Shown here: positions 38,426-47,631 of the stretch, piece by piece
Layout of the letters: each line of letters opens with the position of its first letter
Position numbering within the stretch: position 1 is the first letter of the stretch
From: an uncultured Gammaproteobacteria bacterium
GTDB lineage: Bacteria; Patescibacteriota; Patescibacteriia; UBA1558; UBA10009
DNA: 64,000 nucleotides
Reading direction: 5' to 3'
Assembly (NCBI GenBank): GCA_964588165.1
Contig: CAZPMS010000001.1
Coordinates: 27,303 to 91,302, forward strand
Made by a program: the position numbers and the translations under genes
The notes under the pieces: generated by a model
Databases searched by the model: none
Seen by the model: only the letters and a program-made list of their open reading frames with translations
Told to the model about the DNA's origin: nothing

Positions 38426-39357
38426 TATTTAAGAGTTTTTTTAATTCTAAAATAATCTTTTTTACCGGAATGTTTGCTTACAATAATTTCACCTAAAATG
38501 CCAATGGAAAATAACTGCACGCCCACAATAACCAAAAGCAAACCAACAAAGAATAAATATGGGTGCTGGTTAATTAAAATGCCATAAATAAATTTAGCAA
38601 GATATAATCCTACAATAACTAAAAAGCCTAAAATTGAACTGAACATTCCTAAATTTCCAAAAAAATGTGAGGGCTTTTGGGAAAATCTCAAGAGAACCCA
38701 CAAGGTAGTAATATCAAAAAAACCTTTAATCAAACGTCCAGCTCCGTATTTGGATTTTCCAAATTTGCGGGCGTGATGCTTAACGCCAATTTCTTCCACA
38801 CTAAAGCCTTTAGTATACAACAAAGCCGGAATAAACCGATACAAACCGCCATAAAGGTTTAATGATTGGGCTGCCTCTTTGGTATAAGCTTTAAAACCAC
38901 AATTAAAATCATGGACTTTTAACTTGGTAATTTTAGAGACCATAAAATTAAATATTTTAGAAGGGAAGGTTTTAGAAATTGGATCATGCCTATGCACTTT
39001 CCAGCCGGTTACGCAGTCGGCGCCTGCCTCTATTTTTTCTATAAACCTAGAGATCTCCTCGGGCTCATCCTGCAAATCACCGTCCATTGTAATAATTATA
39101 TCTCCTTCCGCCTCGGCAAAGCCTGCCATTAAAGCGGCGGACTTTTCAAAATTTCTAGTAAACTGAATTACCTTTGTATGTTCAATATCCTGTTTATGAA
39201 CATTTTCCAATTCAAAAATTGTTTTATCATTACTGCCGTCATCAATATAAATAATCTCATACTTCCTATTAAGTGAAGATAAAACCGATTTTAATTTTTG
39301 CTGCAGAGGATTAATGCTTTCCTCTTCATTATAAACCGGGATAACTATTGAAATCAT
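38425..39357 (-). CDS. GT2 polyprenol-phosphate sugar synthase (ArnC/Ppm1/GtrB-like) with two C-terminal TM helices
   Basis: ISIVIPVYNEE...YIDDGSNDKT...TMDGDLQDEPEEI; C-terminal TM pair. Confidence 0.85.
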   Translation of the reverse strand: MISIVIPVYNEEESINPLQQKLKSVLSSLNRKYEIIYIDDGSNDKTIFELENVHKQDIEHTKVIQFTRNFEKSAALMAGFAEAEGDIIITMDGDLQDEPEEISRFIEKIEAGADCVTGWKVHRHDPISKTFPSKIFNFMVSKITKLKVHDFNCGFKAYTKEAAQSLNLYGGLYRFIPALLYTKGFSVEEIGVKHHARKFGKSKYGAGRLIKGFFDITTLWVLLRFSQKPSHFFGNLGMFSSILGFLVIVGLYLAKFIYGILINQHPYLFFVGLLLVIVGVQLFSIGILGEIIVSKHSGKKDYFRIKKTLK

Positions 39358-39379
39358 ATGTTTTAAAATTAATTTTATT

Positions 39380-39490
39380 TAGAATAACACTGATGGTTCG
39401 CGGATGGCGCGCAGATAACTCACAGATATCAGCGAGTTATCCGTGATTTATCAGTGGGTATTCAGTGAATCTCCGTGATTTATCCGCGTT
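39380..39490. repeat. GC-containing repeated element with internal direct and inverted repeats (TCCGTGATTTATC x2)
   Basis: gataactcacagatatcagcgagttatccgtgatttatcag...ctccgtgatttatccgcg; overlaps the stop of the GT4 gene. Confidence 0.4.
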
Positions 39491-40607
39491 TCTTCTGATA
39501 AATATTTAGAATAGTCTCTTTTAATATTTTAACATTTTTTTGGATAGAAAAGTCTTTTACTCTGGCCAAAGCTCCTTTTGAAATTTTACTTCTTAAATTA
39601 GAATCATTAATAAGTAAGTTCACTTTTTCGGCTATAGCCACTGGATCTTTAACCGGCACAATTAAACCATCGGTTCCATCATTTAAAACTTCTTTAGCTC
39701 CAGAAACATCAGAAATAACCATTGGCTTGCCTGCTGCCATAGCTTCTAACATTACCAAAGAGAGTCCCTCCCAAAGCGATGGCATTACAAAAATATCAGT
39801 TACAGAAAAAAGTTTGTTTATTGGTAAGATGCCCAGCATTTTTATTTTATCGGCTATATTTAAATCAGCTGCCAGTTGTTCCAGTTCTGACCGTAGTTTG
39901 CCTTCACCGCCGATTAAAAAATAAATTTCTTTATCTGAATTTTTATCAATTATTTTTTTAGCAGCTTCTATAAAATAAGTTTGGCCTTTTTGCTCCACTA
40001 AACTGCCAGCGTTGGATACAACCATGGCCGCCTCTGGAATACCCAAATCTTTTTTGAATACTGATTTTTCTTGTGTTGATAATTCTTTAAAATCCAATGG
40101 CACAGCATTGTAAATGAGCTTGAATTTACTTTTGGGAATATTTTCTTGTTTTGAAGTAAATTCCAAAACTTCTTTTGAGACCGGAATTATGGCATCAGTA
40201 AAGTATGAAAGTATTTTATCAGCCAGGATCTGGACTTTAGATTTATTTATATAAACGTTCTGCTCATAAGAACAAATAACCGGAACGTGGCTAAGCTTAG
40301 CCAAAATTCTTAAAGAAAAATTTGTTAAGAATAAATAACTTATAACTGCATCAAATTTTTCTTTATCCAAAAACTTTTTAACTTTAGGCATGGCCGCTAA
40401 ATCTAAAACGTTTTTATAACTAAACTGAATGGTTTTATCTGCTGAAATTTGCAGCTGATCCCTAAAAGTTTTTTTACCTTTTTCAGTCACTGTTGTTAAA
40501 ACCCAAACATCAAAATTTGGATCTTTATTAAGTTCATTAACTTGGTTTACAAAAACTCTTTCGGCTCCACCTATTACTAAACTGTTTATGGCAAATAAAA
40601 TCTTCAT
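39480..40607 (-). CDS. GT4 family glycosyltransferase
   Basis: EGLSLVMLEAMAAGKP. Start set at M17 (MKILFAINS), which abuts the upstream gene's stop. Confidence 0.8.
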   Translation of the reverse strand: MKILFAINSLVIGGAERVFVNQVNELNKDPNFDVWVLTTVTEKGKKTFRDQLQISADKTIQFSYKNVLDLAAMPKVKKFLDKEKFDAVISYLFLTNFSLRILAKLSHVPVICSYEQNVYINKSKVQILADKILSYFTDAIIPVSKEVLEFTSKQENIPKSKFKLIYNAVPLDFKELSTQEKSVFKKDLGIPEAAMVVSNAGSLVEQKGQTYFIEAAKKIIDKNSDKEIYFLIGGEGKLRSELEQLAADLNIADKIKMLGILPINKLFSVTDIFVMPSLWEGLSLVMLEAMAAGKPMVISDVSGAKEVLNDGTDGLIVPVKDPVAIAEKVNLLINDSNLRSKISKGALARVKDFSIQKNVKILKETILNIYQKKRG

Positions 40608-41815
40608 ATTTTTTGATTGATGAAATCCATAATTTTTATTGCCCGTTTTTCCCAAGTATAATTTTTTACTTTACTAAAAGCGTTTTGGGCTAGTTGATTT
40701 TGCCTATTGCTATCTGATACTAATCTGGATATCTGATTAGTTAAATCTTGATAATCGTCTGTTTTAAAAAATTCAATTTCTTCTTGATTAAAAACTTCTT
40801 TAATGCTACTTACATCTGGAGCAATTATTGGCCGCTGGCTGGCCGCATAATCAAACAGCTTCATTGGGCTTAAAGAATATTGGCTTAAAACTTCACTGCT
40901 ATACGGTAAAACAAAAATGTCTGCTGCTGAATAATACTCCTTAACTTTTGAAAATTTAATATGAGGTAAAACCAAAGCATCTTTATCTAAACTATTTTTG
41001 GCCAGCACAAAATTAATTCGTTTAATATCCTCCTCCTTAATTCCTGCAATCATTAAAAACAAATTTGAATTTAAATCATGGGCTTGTTTAAAGGCTACAA
41101 TGAAATCGGTTAAGCTTTTTTCTTGATTAAATATTTTACTCTTGCCCACGTATGAAACTATGACTTTATCAAAGGGCAAGTTATGCTTTTTTTTCATTTC
41201 TTCCTGATTAGGCAAATTGGCAAAATCAGTTATAGAAACGGCACTGGGTGCCACCCTGATCTTTTCTTCTTTAAGATTGAACTTTTTAATGAAATCTTCT
41301 TTTGATTGGCTATTGATTGTAATAATGCCTTTTACTTTTTTTATTGTTTGGCTCCAAGATTTATCAGCCAGCTGATGAAGTTCTACAAAAACATTTTTAT
41401 GAAATTTTGAAACAACTTTGGCAATTAATTTGCTTCTGGTATAAATGATTTTATCTTGATTTAAAATGGTTAAAAAAATCAATTCCAATAAATAAATCGG
41501 CATTCTAATTAAGTAAGCCAGCTTGCCTAAGCCGATTTGATGGAAAAACTGGATATCAAAACAAAATAGTTTTTTTATTTTAAACTTCTCCCCTATCTGA
41601 TAATAACTGAATGGATCTCCATTGATTTGACTTTCCTTGCCGGCATACCTTATTGGTAAAACCAAAGTGAGCTTAACCCCTGCTTTGGTTAAGCCTTCGG
41701 CCATTTTTATAATGGCTAATCCATGGGCTTTTTCTGTGGGAATCCGGGCATCAGCCAGATATAATATTTTCATAAATTTCTCGCAAATTATACAATTTTT
41801 GTTATTTTTTAGCAA
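40604..41815 (-). CDS. GT4 family glycosyltransferase
   Basis: GT-B Rossmann halves; the start may instead be M15 (41773). Confidence 0.75.
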   Translation of the reverse strand: MLKNNKNCIICEKFMKILYLADARIPTEKAHGLAIIKMAEGLTKAGVKLTLVLPIRYAGKESQINGDPFSYYQIGEKFKIKKLFCFDIQFFHQIGLGKLAYLIRMPIYLLELIFLTILNQDKIIYTRSKLIAKVVSKFHKNVFVELHQLADKSWSQTIKKVKGIITINSQSKEDFIKKFNLKEEKIRVAPSAVSITDFANLPNQEEMKKKHNLPFDKVIVSYVGKSKIFNQEKSLTDFIVAFKQAHDLNSNLFLMIAGIKEEDIKRINFVLAKNSLDKDALVLPHIKFSKVKEYYSAADIFVLPYSSEVLSQYSLSPMKLFDYAASQRPIIAPDVSSIKEVFNQEEIEFFKTDDYQDLTNQISRLVSDSNRQNQLAQNAFSKVKNYTWEKRAIKIMDFINQKI

Positions 41816-41819
41816 TATC

Positions 41820-41848
41820 TTGACAAAATTCCAAATTTATTATAAAGT
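41820..41848 (+). promoter_or_regulatory. Candidate sigma70 promoter (TTGACA ... TATAAA/TAAAGT) for the higher-GC islet
   Basis: TTGACA at 41820-41825; AGAGGTG RBS at 41885-41891; ATG at 41897. Confidence 0.4.
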
Positions 41849-41896
41849 TTGTTATTAAATTGAACCTTAAAACAAAACTATAAAAGAGGTGAACAC

Positions 41897-42874
41897 ATGG
41901 ATCCATTTATCCTAATGGCTATTGTGGGAGCGTTTTTGGTCGGTTGCAATGAAACCATCAACAAACGCCTGGCCATGGAAATCCCGAACAAATTCCTGCA
42001 TATTGCCGGAATCAACTTTTTCTCAGCCATTTGGACACTGCTGATGATTTGTATTTTCAGCCTGCAAACCAAAGTGTCTCTCTTTGAACTTGAATGGAAA
42101 TTTTCATCCTGGTTCTGGATAGCCTTTCTTTTGGTGGCAGCCCTGAATATTGTAATCCGTTTCTGCGATTTTAAATCGTACGAAAAAGGCCAACTTTCAC
42201 AGGTGATTCAGATTAAAGGTACCACAATTGTTTTACTGATGTTTGTGGGCTGGCTGATTTTGGGTGAAACCTATAACTTTTGGGGAGTAGTTGGTTTACT
42301 GCTGATTTTCTTCGGCACATGGGTATTAGGGATTGAGCGGGATAATCCTTTCAGTCTTAAAGGACCCATAGTAAATCTTATGAAAAACACCAGTATCCGC
42401 TATGCTTTAGTTGCCGCCGTTGTTGCCAGCATCACTCTCACCCTGGAAAAACTGGGTGTGATAAATGTCTCTCCGGCCGGCCAAGGCGCTACCATGAAAA
42501 TCCTGCTCCTGGAGCTTTCCTTTGCTGCCCTGTGCGGTACATTTGTCTTCAAGCTCTTCCTAGGAATAATAGCACTGGGCATTGCTATCCCATGGCAAAA
42601 AAGAATTAGCAGATTCGAGCCTCAAATGGAGCTTGGTAAAATATTGTGGTCCATAATTGTTGCTGGCTTCTTTTCTGCCTCGCATCAATGGTTTTTGTTC
42701 AGCGCCTATATTGGCTCACAAGCAGCTTATGTTGGCGGAGTTAAACGGGTATCTATTCTGTTTGCAGTTATCTTGGCTTTCATCTTCTTTGGTGAAAAAC
42801 AGCGTGTCCAGAAATTGATTTCCGCCAGTATTATTGTTGCCGGTGTACTGATTATTTCATTTTTGGGAAGTTAA
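41897..42874 (+). CDS. Polytopic membrane protein (~10 TM, EamA/DMT-like topology), higher-GC foreign-looking gene
   Basis: ~45% GC and CTG/GCC/GGC codon bias versus ~30% GC neighbours; hydrophobic throughout. Confidence 0.6.
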   Translation: MDPFILMAIVGAFLVGCNETINKRLAMEIPNKFLHIAGINFFSAIWTLLMICIFSLQTKVSLFELEWKFSSWFWIAFLLVAALNIVIRFCDFKSYEKGQLSQVIQIKGTTIVLLMFVGWLILGETYNFWGVVGLLLIFFGTWVLGIERDNPFSLKGPIVNLMKNTSIRYALVAAVVASITLTLEKLGVINVSPAGQGATMKILLLELSFAALCGTFVFKLFLGIIALGIAIPWQKRISRFEPQMELGKILWSIIVAGFFSASHQWFLFSAYIGSQAAYVGGVKRVSILFAVILAFIFFGEKQRVQKLISASIIVAGVLIISFLGS

Positions 42875-43026
42875 TCATCAAGCTTCCTAACCGTTCTCTA
42901 CTTTGAGGGCGGTTTTTTCTTACCCTGCCCTGCCGATGAGGCGGGTTGACTTTTTCATAGAAATCTATCTATAATTAACTTAAAGGAGTGGCACTGTTCA
43001 TATTAATAGCTAAAACGGAGAGAAAC

Positions 43027-43383
43027 ATGCATGCTGAACTTAGAACCCCAGGAGCTATCAGGATAGATATTCAATTTGAGAAAGACAAACTGGATGAAAT
43101 TTCGGATGATCAGGCTCATTCTGTTCCTTGTGCCACTGACGCAGGCAGAGGTGATGCAACACAAAAGATAATTGCCATGCATGAAAGGGAACTGCGTGCA
43201 TCAGAGGAAATAGAAGATCTTGATAATAAACTTAAGCTTCTCAAAAAAGAACTGCCAGAAAACAACACTAGCTCTGGCTATTATATTTCTCCTGCTAAAG
43301 ACATTCGCCGCCTTAGATGGAGAATTTGGTGGTTGGGAAGAAAGTTGGCAAGAAAAATAAAAAGAGCAAAACGAGAATTTTAA
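43027..43383 (+). CDS. Hypothetical charged/coiled-coil protein (118 aa from M14; the track start is an RBS-less GTG)
   Basis: GGAGAG, 4 nt, ATG at 43027; followed by a hairpin plus T7 terminator at ~43395-43437. Confidence 0.4.
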   Translation: MHAELRTPGAIRIDIQFEKDKLDEISDDQAHSVPCATDAGRGDATQKIIAMHERELRASEEIEDLDNKLKLLKKELPENNTSSGYYISPAKDIRRLRWRIWWLGRKLARKIKRAKREF

Positions 43384-43457
43384 GCAACACGTAATCCTGG
43401 ATTAGCTTACAACTTTAGTTAATTCAGGATTTTTTTAATTTTATTAAAATATTATGC

Positions 43458-43486
43458 TTGACATTCTAATTATATATAATTATACT
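43458..43486 (+). promoter_or_regulatory. sigma70 promoter TTGACA-17-TATACT giving a leaderless transcript
   Basis: TTGACA at 43458-43463, TATACT at 43481-43486, ATG at 43494 (8 nt downstream, no SD). Confidence 0.55.
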
Positions 43487-43493
43487 TAATTAT

Positions 43494-43709
43494 ATGAAAA
43501 ATTCTAACAAATACACCACTGTATCCATTCCTACTCCTTTAAACGCTAAGGTCCAGGAATTGATAAAAGATACCGGTTTTAGTTCCACTTCCGGTTTTGT
43601 ATCTTATATTTTAAGGCAGCTTGTTTCTGACGCCGGAACTAAAGGCTTTTCCAAAAAGGATGAGCAAAAGGTAAAAGAAAGGTTAAGAAGTTTGGGATAT
43701 TTAAAGTAA
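43494..43709 (+). CDS. Ribbon-helix-helix (Arc/MetJ/CopG-like) small DNA-binding protein
   Basis: 71 aa; beta-strand TVSIPTPL followed by two helices (NAKVQELIKDTG / GFVSYILRQLV); basic C-terminal tail ending LRSLGYLK. Confidence 0.55.
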   Translation: MKNSNKYTTVSIPTPLNAKVQELIKDTGFSSTSGFVSYILRQLVSDAGTKGFSKKDEQKVKERLRSLGYLK

Positions 43710-43778
43710 GCCAACCGTTAAGCAAAGGGTTTAGCCTTTGCGCTGTTCGGAGACTAAACCCTCCTCTAAACATTTTTT

Positions 43779-44582
43779 ATGTCACATCTAGACCAGTTGG
43801 AAAATAAAAGTATCTACATTATCAGAGAGGCTTGGTTTCAATATAAAAACCTGGCTCTTTTGTGGTCTGTTGGCAAAGATTCCACCACCCTTTTGTGGCT
43901 GGTAAGAAAAGCTTTCTTAGGCAAAATTCCCTTTAAAGTCATTCATATTGATACCACTTATAAATTCCCAGAAATGTATGCCTTTAGGGATAAGTATGCC
44001 CGGGAATGGAATTTAGATTTGCTGGTTGAAAAAAACCAAACTGCTATTGCCAGCGGTATTGGCTATAAAACTCACGATGCTTTTACTTGTTGCCATGAAT
44101 TAAAAACTGTAGCCCTGCAGCAAGCCATTATTAAACATGATTTAAAAGCTTTACTGGTTGGCATCAGGCGGGATGAGCACGGCATTAGGGCCAAAGAAAG
44201 ATATTTTTCTCCCCGGACCATTGATTTTAAATGGAACGCTAAAGATCAACCACCCGAGTTATGGGATCAATACAAATCTAAAGTTGGTAAAGAAACCCAC
44301 ATTAGGGTCCATCCCCTTTTGCATTGGACAGAAGAAGATATCTGGAACTATATTAAGCGTGAAAATATTCCTACCAATGAACTTTATTTTGCTAAAGACG
44401 GTAAACGTTACAGAAGCTTAGGTTGTATGCCAATAACTAAACCAATCAAATCAACTGCTGATACTGTAGATAAAATTATTGAAGAATTAAAAACCTCTCA
44501 AGATGATGAAAGGGCTGGCCGTGCTCAGGATAAGGAAGAAGCAAATACTATGGAAAAATTAAGAGCGCTTGGATATATGTAG
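43779..44582 (+). CDS. cysD: Sulfate adenylyltransferase subunit 2
   Basis: PAPS-reductase-like PP-loop SVGKDSTT; 267 aa; C-terminus ends LRALGYM. Confidence 0.9.
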   Translation: MSHLDQLENKSIYIIREAWFQYKNLALLWSVGKDSTTLLWLVRKAFLGKIPFKVIHIDTTYKFPEMYAFRDKYAREWNLDLLVEKNQTAIASGIGYKTHDAFTCCHELKTVALQQAIIKHDLKALLVGIRRDEHGIRAKERYFSPRTIDFKWNAKDQPPELWDQYKSKVGKETHIRVHPLLHWTEEDIWNYIKRENIPTNELYFAKDGKRYRSLGCMPITKPIKSTADTVDKIIEELKTSQDDERAGRAQDKEEANTMEKLRALGYM

Positions 44583-44646
44583 CACCCCACGACCCGCTCC
44601 CTACGGTCGCCTGCTCGCGGGGACCCCGCCTTTTTTGGAAAATTTT

Positions 44647-45867
44647 ATGGATAAAACTAACAATCAACTAAAATTTATAATCGTTGGTCATGTGGACCAC
44701 GGCAAGTCAACTTTAATTGGCCGGCTGTTATTAGATACTAACTCAATTTCTCAAGCTAAAATTGATGAAGTAACAGAAATTTGTGAAGCACTAGGCAAGC
44801 CTTTTAAACCTGCTTTTTTAATGGACCACTTAACTGAAGAACGTCAAAAAAACATAACCATTGATACAGCCCAAACCTTTTTCAAAACAGATAAACAGGA
44901 TTACGTGATAATTGATGCGCCAGGCCACAAAGAATTTTTAAAAAATATGATTACTGGTGCCACTTTGGCTGAAGCAGCCATTTTAATTGTTGATGCTGAT
45001 GAAGGAGTTAAAGAACAAACTAAACGTCACGCTTACATGTTAAGTTTGCTGGGAGTTGATCAATTGATTGTAGTGGTAAATAAAATGGATAAAATTGATT
45101 TCCAAGAAGATAAGTTTAATAAAGCTAAAGACAACCTACAAAATCATTTAAAAAAAGTGAACTTATCAGCTAATTATTTAATCCCTATTTCAAGTAAACA
45201 AGGTGATAACATTGTCCATAAATCTGATAAATTCAATTGGTACAGCGGACCGACAGTTTTAGAAGCCCTGGATTCATTTAAAAATAAACTTGCTGAAAAT
45301 TTACCGCTTCGCTTGCCTGTTCAGGATAAATATGATGATATTTTGCTGGGCCAAATAGCCAGTGGTGTTTTAAATAAAAATGACGAGGTTATTATATTTC
45401 CTTCAGAACAAAAAACTTCAATTAAAGAAATTAAAAAATGGCAACAGACTTTGGATAAAGCTGAAGCAGGAGATAATATTGGAATTACTTTAACTGATAA
45501 AATTGATGTCAAACGAGGTGATATTATCTGCGATACTGACAATCTTCCTAAAGTCACTAATGAATTCAAAGCTACTATTTTCTGGATGAGCAAAGATTCA
45601 TTAAAAACTGATGAAGCTTTTAGCTTAAAACTGGCTACTCAAGAAACTTCAGTCCAAATTAAAAAAATCCATAAGCTTATGGATTCTTCTACTTTAGAAC
45701 AAATTGACCGAACAAGTGAGATCAAAGAAACTGAAGTTGCGGAAGTGGATATTAAAACTGATAAAAAAATTGTTATTGAAGATTTTAATTATATTCCTGA
45801 ATTAGGACGATTGGTAATTGTAAAAAATGAAGATATTTCCGGCGGCGGGATTATCAATCTAAACTAA
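44647..45867 (+). CDS. cysN: Sulfate adenylyltransferase subunit 1 (GTPase), no fused APS-kinase domain
   Basis: GHVDHGKSTLIGRLL (G1), DAPGHKEF (G3), NKMD (G4). Start moved to M27 (MDKTNNQ), past a GC-rich spacer. Confidence 0.9.
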   Translation: MDKTNNQLKFIIVGHVDHGKSTLIGRLLLDTNSISQAKIDEVTEICEALGKPFKPAFLMDHLTEERQKNITIDTAQTFFKTDKQDYVIIDAPGHKEFLKNMITGATLAEAAILIVDADEGVKEQTKRHAYMLSLLGVDQLIVVVNKMDKIDFQEDKFNKAKDNLQNHLKKVNLSANYLIPISSKQGDNIVHKSDKFNWYSGPTVLEALDSFKNKLAENLPLRLPVQDKYDDILLGQIASGVLNKNDEVIIFPSEQKTSIKEIKKWQQTLDKAEAGDNIGITLTDKIDVKRGDIICDTDNLPKVTNEFKATIFWMSKDSLKTDEAFSLKLATQETSVQIKKIHKLMDSSTLEQIDRTSEIKETEVAEVDIKTDKKIVIEDFNYIPELGRLVIVKNEDISGGGIINLN

Positions 45868-45932
45868 AAAAGTGGCTAGATTCTATCGTCGAGCTTAGCT
45901 CAACTCCAGAATGACAGCCACTTTTTATATAA
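45868..45932. terminator. Long hairpin between convergent genes (aaaagtggct...agccactttt), likely bidirectional terminator
   Basis: 10-bp stem with T-run on + strand. Confidence 0.4.
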
Positions 45933-45934
45933 TC

Positions 45935-46201
45935 TTATTTCACTAATTGCTTCTCCAGTTTTATAATCCTACGGTCATGTTCCCATAAATTGAGCTTAAT
46001 TTCCTTCTTATCTTTTTCGTAGAAATTCATGGTTTCTAAAATTGCGTCTAAAACTTTATCTATCTTTTTAAATCCTTTATTCATCTCGATTCTTAAATTA
46101 TCAGAGTCTGATTTTATTGCACTGAAATAACCTTCAAAGTAATTTTCCATTACTCCTACAGTAACGGTTGCATTTTTGTTATTTTTTGCTTTTCTGGGCA
46201 T
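45935..46201 (-). CDS. Hypothetical small protein (88 aa)
   Basis: Intact ORF with good local coding bias, no recognisable motif. Confidence 0.45.
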   Translation of the reverse strand: MPRKAKNNKNATVTVGVMENYFEGYFSAIKSDSDNLRIEMNKGFKKIDKVLDAILETMNFYEKDKKEIKLNLWEHDRRIIKLEKQLVK

Positions 46202-46275
46202 AATCTTTTGATTAATTATTATCAGACCCTGTGGAAATATATTCTAACTTTTTCAAATTGCTAAGTCAATGTGGA

Positions 46276-46989
46276 TTAATCACTGAATTGCTTAAGCCAG
46301 TCGTAACAACCTTTAAACCACAGTTGGAAGATAAAATCAGGCAGATCCGGATCTAATGAATCCCGATGCATTAGTAAAGCATCAGTTTTTTTCTTGCCCG
46401 CCGAATCGGAGGGATTGTTAAAGTTTGGTAAAATGGTAAATCCGTACATAAACCCGGCTTTTTTAACTTCTGCTATAACATTTATATTAAAACTGTTTTT
46501 ATCTCCATAAGGGTAGGCAAAAAATTCAGATTTTTGCGATTGCCAAACTTCTTGTTCCAATTCTTCCGGTTTAATCTCTGTTAAACGTTTGTGGCTTAAA
46601 GAATGCCCGCCTAGGCTATGCCCGGCTGCTTCTAGCTCCCCTGCTCTGATATAAAAAGCTTGGTTAATAAAAAATATTGCCTTAACCTGTTCCTTTCTTA
46701 AAACGGGTAACACATTGGCAAACCAGCTTTCATCACCATCATCAAAAGTAACTAAAATATTTAACTTCTTTTTAGAAAAATCATTTTCCAAAAACTGCTG
46801 GGGAGTGATAATATTGTATTTATTTTTTAAATAACTTAATTTTGTTTTGAATTGTTCAACCTGATCATTAGGCACTTTATGAAGCGTCCAAACCCGCAAC
46901 AAAGGCTTGCGCAAAAACTGCCTTCTTAAAAAAGGAATACCGGTTAAGTAAAAAATGATTATGAATATGTTTCTGATTGATTTTTTCAT
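46276..46989 (-). CDS. Polysaccharide deacetylase (CE4, NodB homology) with signal anchor
   Basis: LVTFDDGDESW (TFDDG), HSLGGHSLSH motifs. Start set at M31 (MKKSIRNIFIIIFYL) to clear the divergent promoter. Confidence 0.75.
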   Translation of the reverse strand: MKKSIRNIFIIIFYLTGIPFLRRQFLRKPLLRVWTLHKVPNDQVEQFKTKLSYLKNKYNIITPQQFLENDFSKKKLNILVTFDDGDESWFANVLPVLRKEQVKAIFFINQAFYIRAGELEAAGHSLGGHSLSHKRLTEIKPEELEQEVWQSQKSEFFAYPYGDKNSFNINVIAEVKKAGFMYGFTILPNFNNPSDSAGKKKTDALLMHRDSLDPDLPDFIFQLWFKGCYDWLKQFSD

Positions 46990-46992
46990 ATA

Positions 46993-47021
46993 TTGACAAT
47001 ACTCTAAATTATTTATAAAAT
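46993..47021 (+). promoter_or_regulatory. sigma70 promoter TTGACA-17-TAAAAT
   Basis: TTGACA at 46993-46998, TAAAAT at 47016-47021; AAGGAGGT RBS at 47049-47056. Confidence 0.55.
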
Positions 47022-47060
47022 CAATTATTGAAATGTACCTTTTAAACAAAGGAGGTAAGC

Positions 47061-47267
47061 ATGATACGCTGTCAAACATGCGGTTTTGTTTTTCCTTCTT
47101 TATCTCCAGATAAAAAAGGAATAATTACTGTTGAAAAGCATAATGATTCTACAAGCCCTGAAGCTGTTTGTCCTGGCGGGACCTGGAAACCAAATAGTAA
47201 TGGCCGAAAGGGAGAGAAAAATAAACTCCGTTGGCAACCGGCAAAAAAACTAAAAGCTGCCAGCTAA
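47061..47267 (+). CDS. Small hypothetical protein (68 aa) with N-terminal CxxC, higher GC
   Basis: MIRCQTCGFVFP...; excellent RBS; followed by a weak hairpin plus T6 at ~47268-47296. Confidence 0.45.
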   Translation: MIRCQTCGFVFPSLSPDKKGIITVEKHNDSTSPEAVCPGGTWKPNSNGRKGEKNKLRWQPAKKLKAAS

Positions 47268-47377
47268 AACGTTCTTGCAAAAAGGACGTTTTTTATATAC
47301 TCTTGACAATATCATGCTAAATGGTTACAAAGAAAGTAGTTGAACCTTTGCTAGAATCTCAACTGGAGGATAGGAAG

Positions 47378-47593
47378 ATGGCACTAAATCAACAAAAGGC
47401 TCAAGAACTTCAAGAAGTTATCAAGATAGTGGGATACAGGATCGAGCAAGAATTTTTTGCTGTTAGCCAACTGCACAACTCAGTGCAAGCGCAAATCCGC
47501 AAGCATGTTACTCGGTTCGAAATCCTGACTGCCAACGGCCTTGCAGGTGTGTTGAAAATTCTGGAAACTAAACTGGCTGAACAACTTGCATAA
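47378..47593 (+). CDS. Small hypothetical helical protein (71 aa from the RBS-supported ATG)
   Basis: GGAGGA, 7 nt, ATG at 47378; ~42% GC. Confidence 0.45.
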   Translation: MALNQQKAQELQEVIKIVGYRIEQEFFAVSQLHNSVQAQIRKHVTRFEILTANGLAGVLKILETKLAEQLA

Positions 47594-47631
47594 ATTATCT
47601 TGCAAATTTCTACCAGAAACCTAATTTTCCT

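Noticed and set aside
43726-43762. Hairpin agggtttag...ctaaaccct after the RHH gene as a simple terminator
   Set aside because: The T-run is 10 nt away from the stem, and an alternative mutually exclusive stem exists. I treat it as a possible regulatory leader for cysD rather than a canonical intrinsic terminator (reported in the findings, not as a feature).
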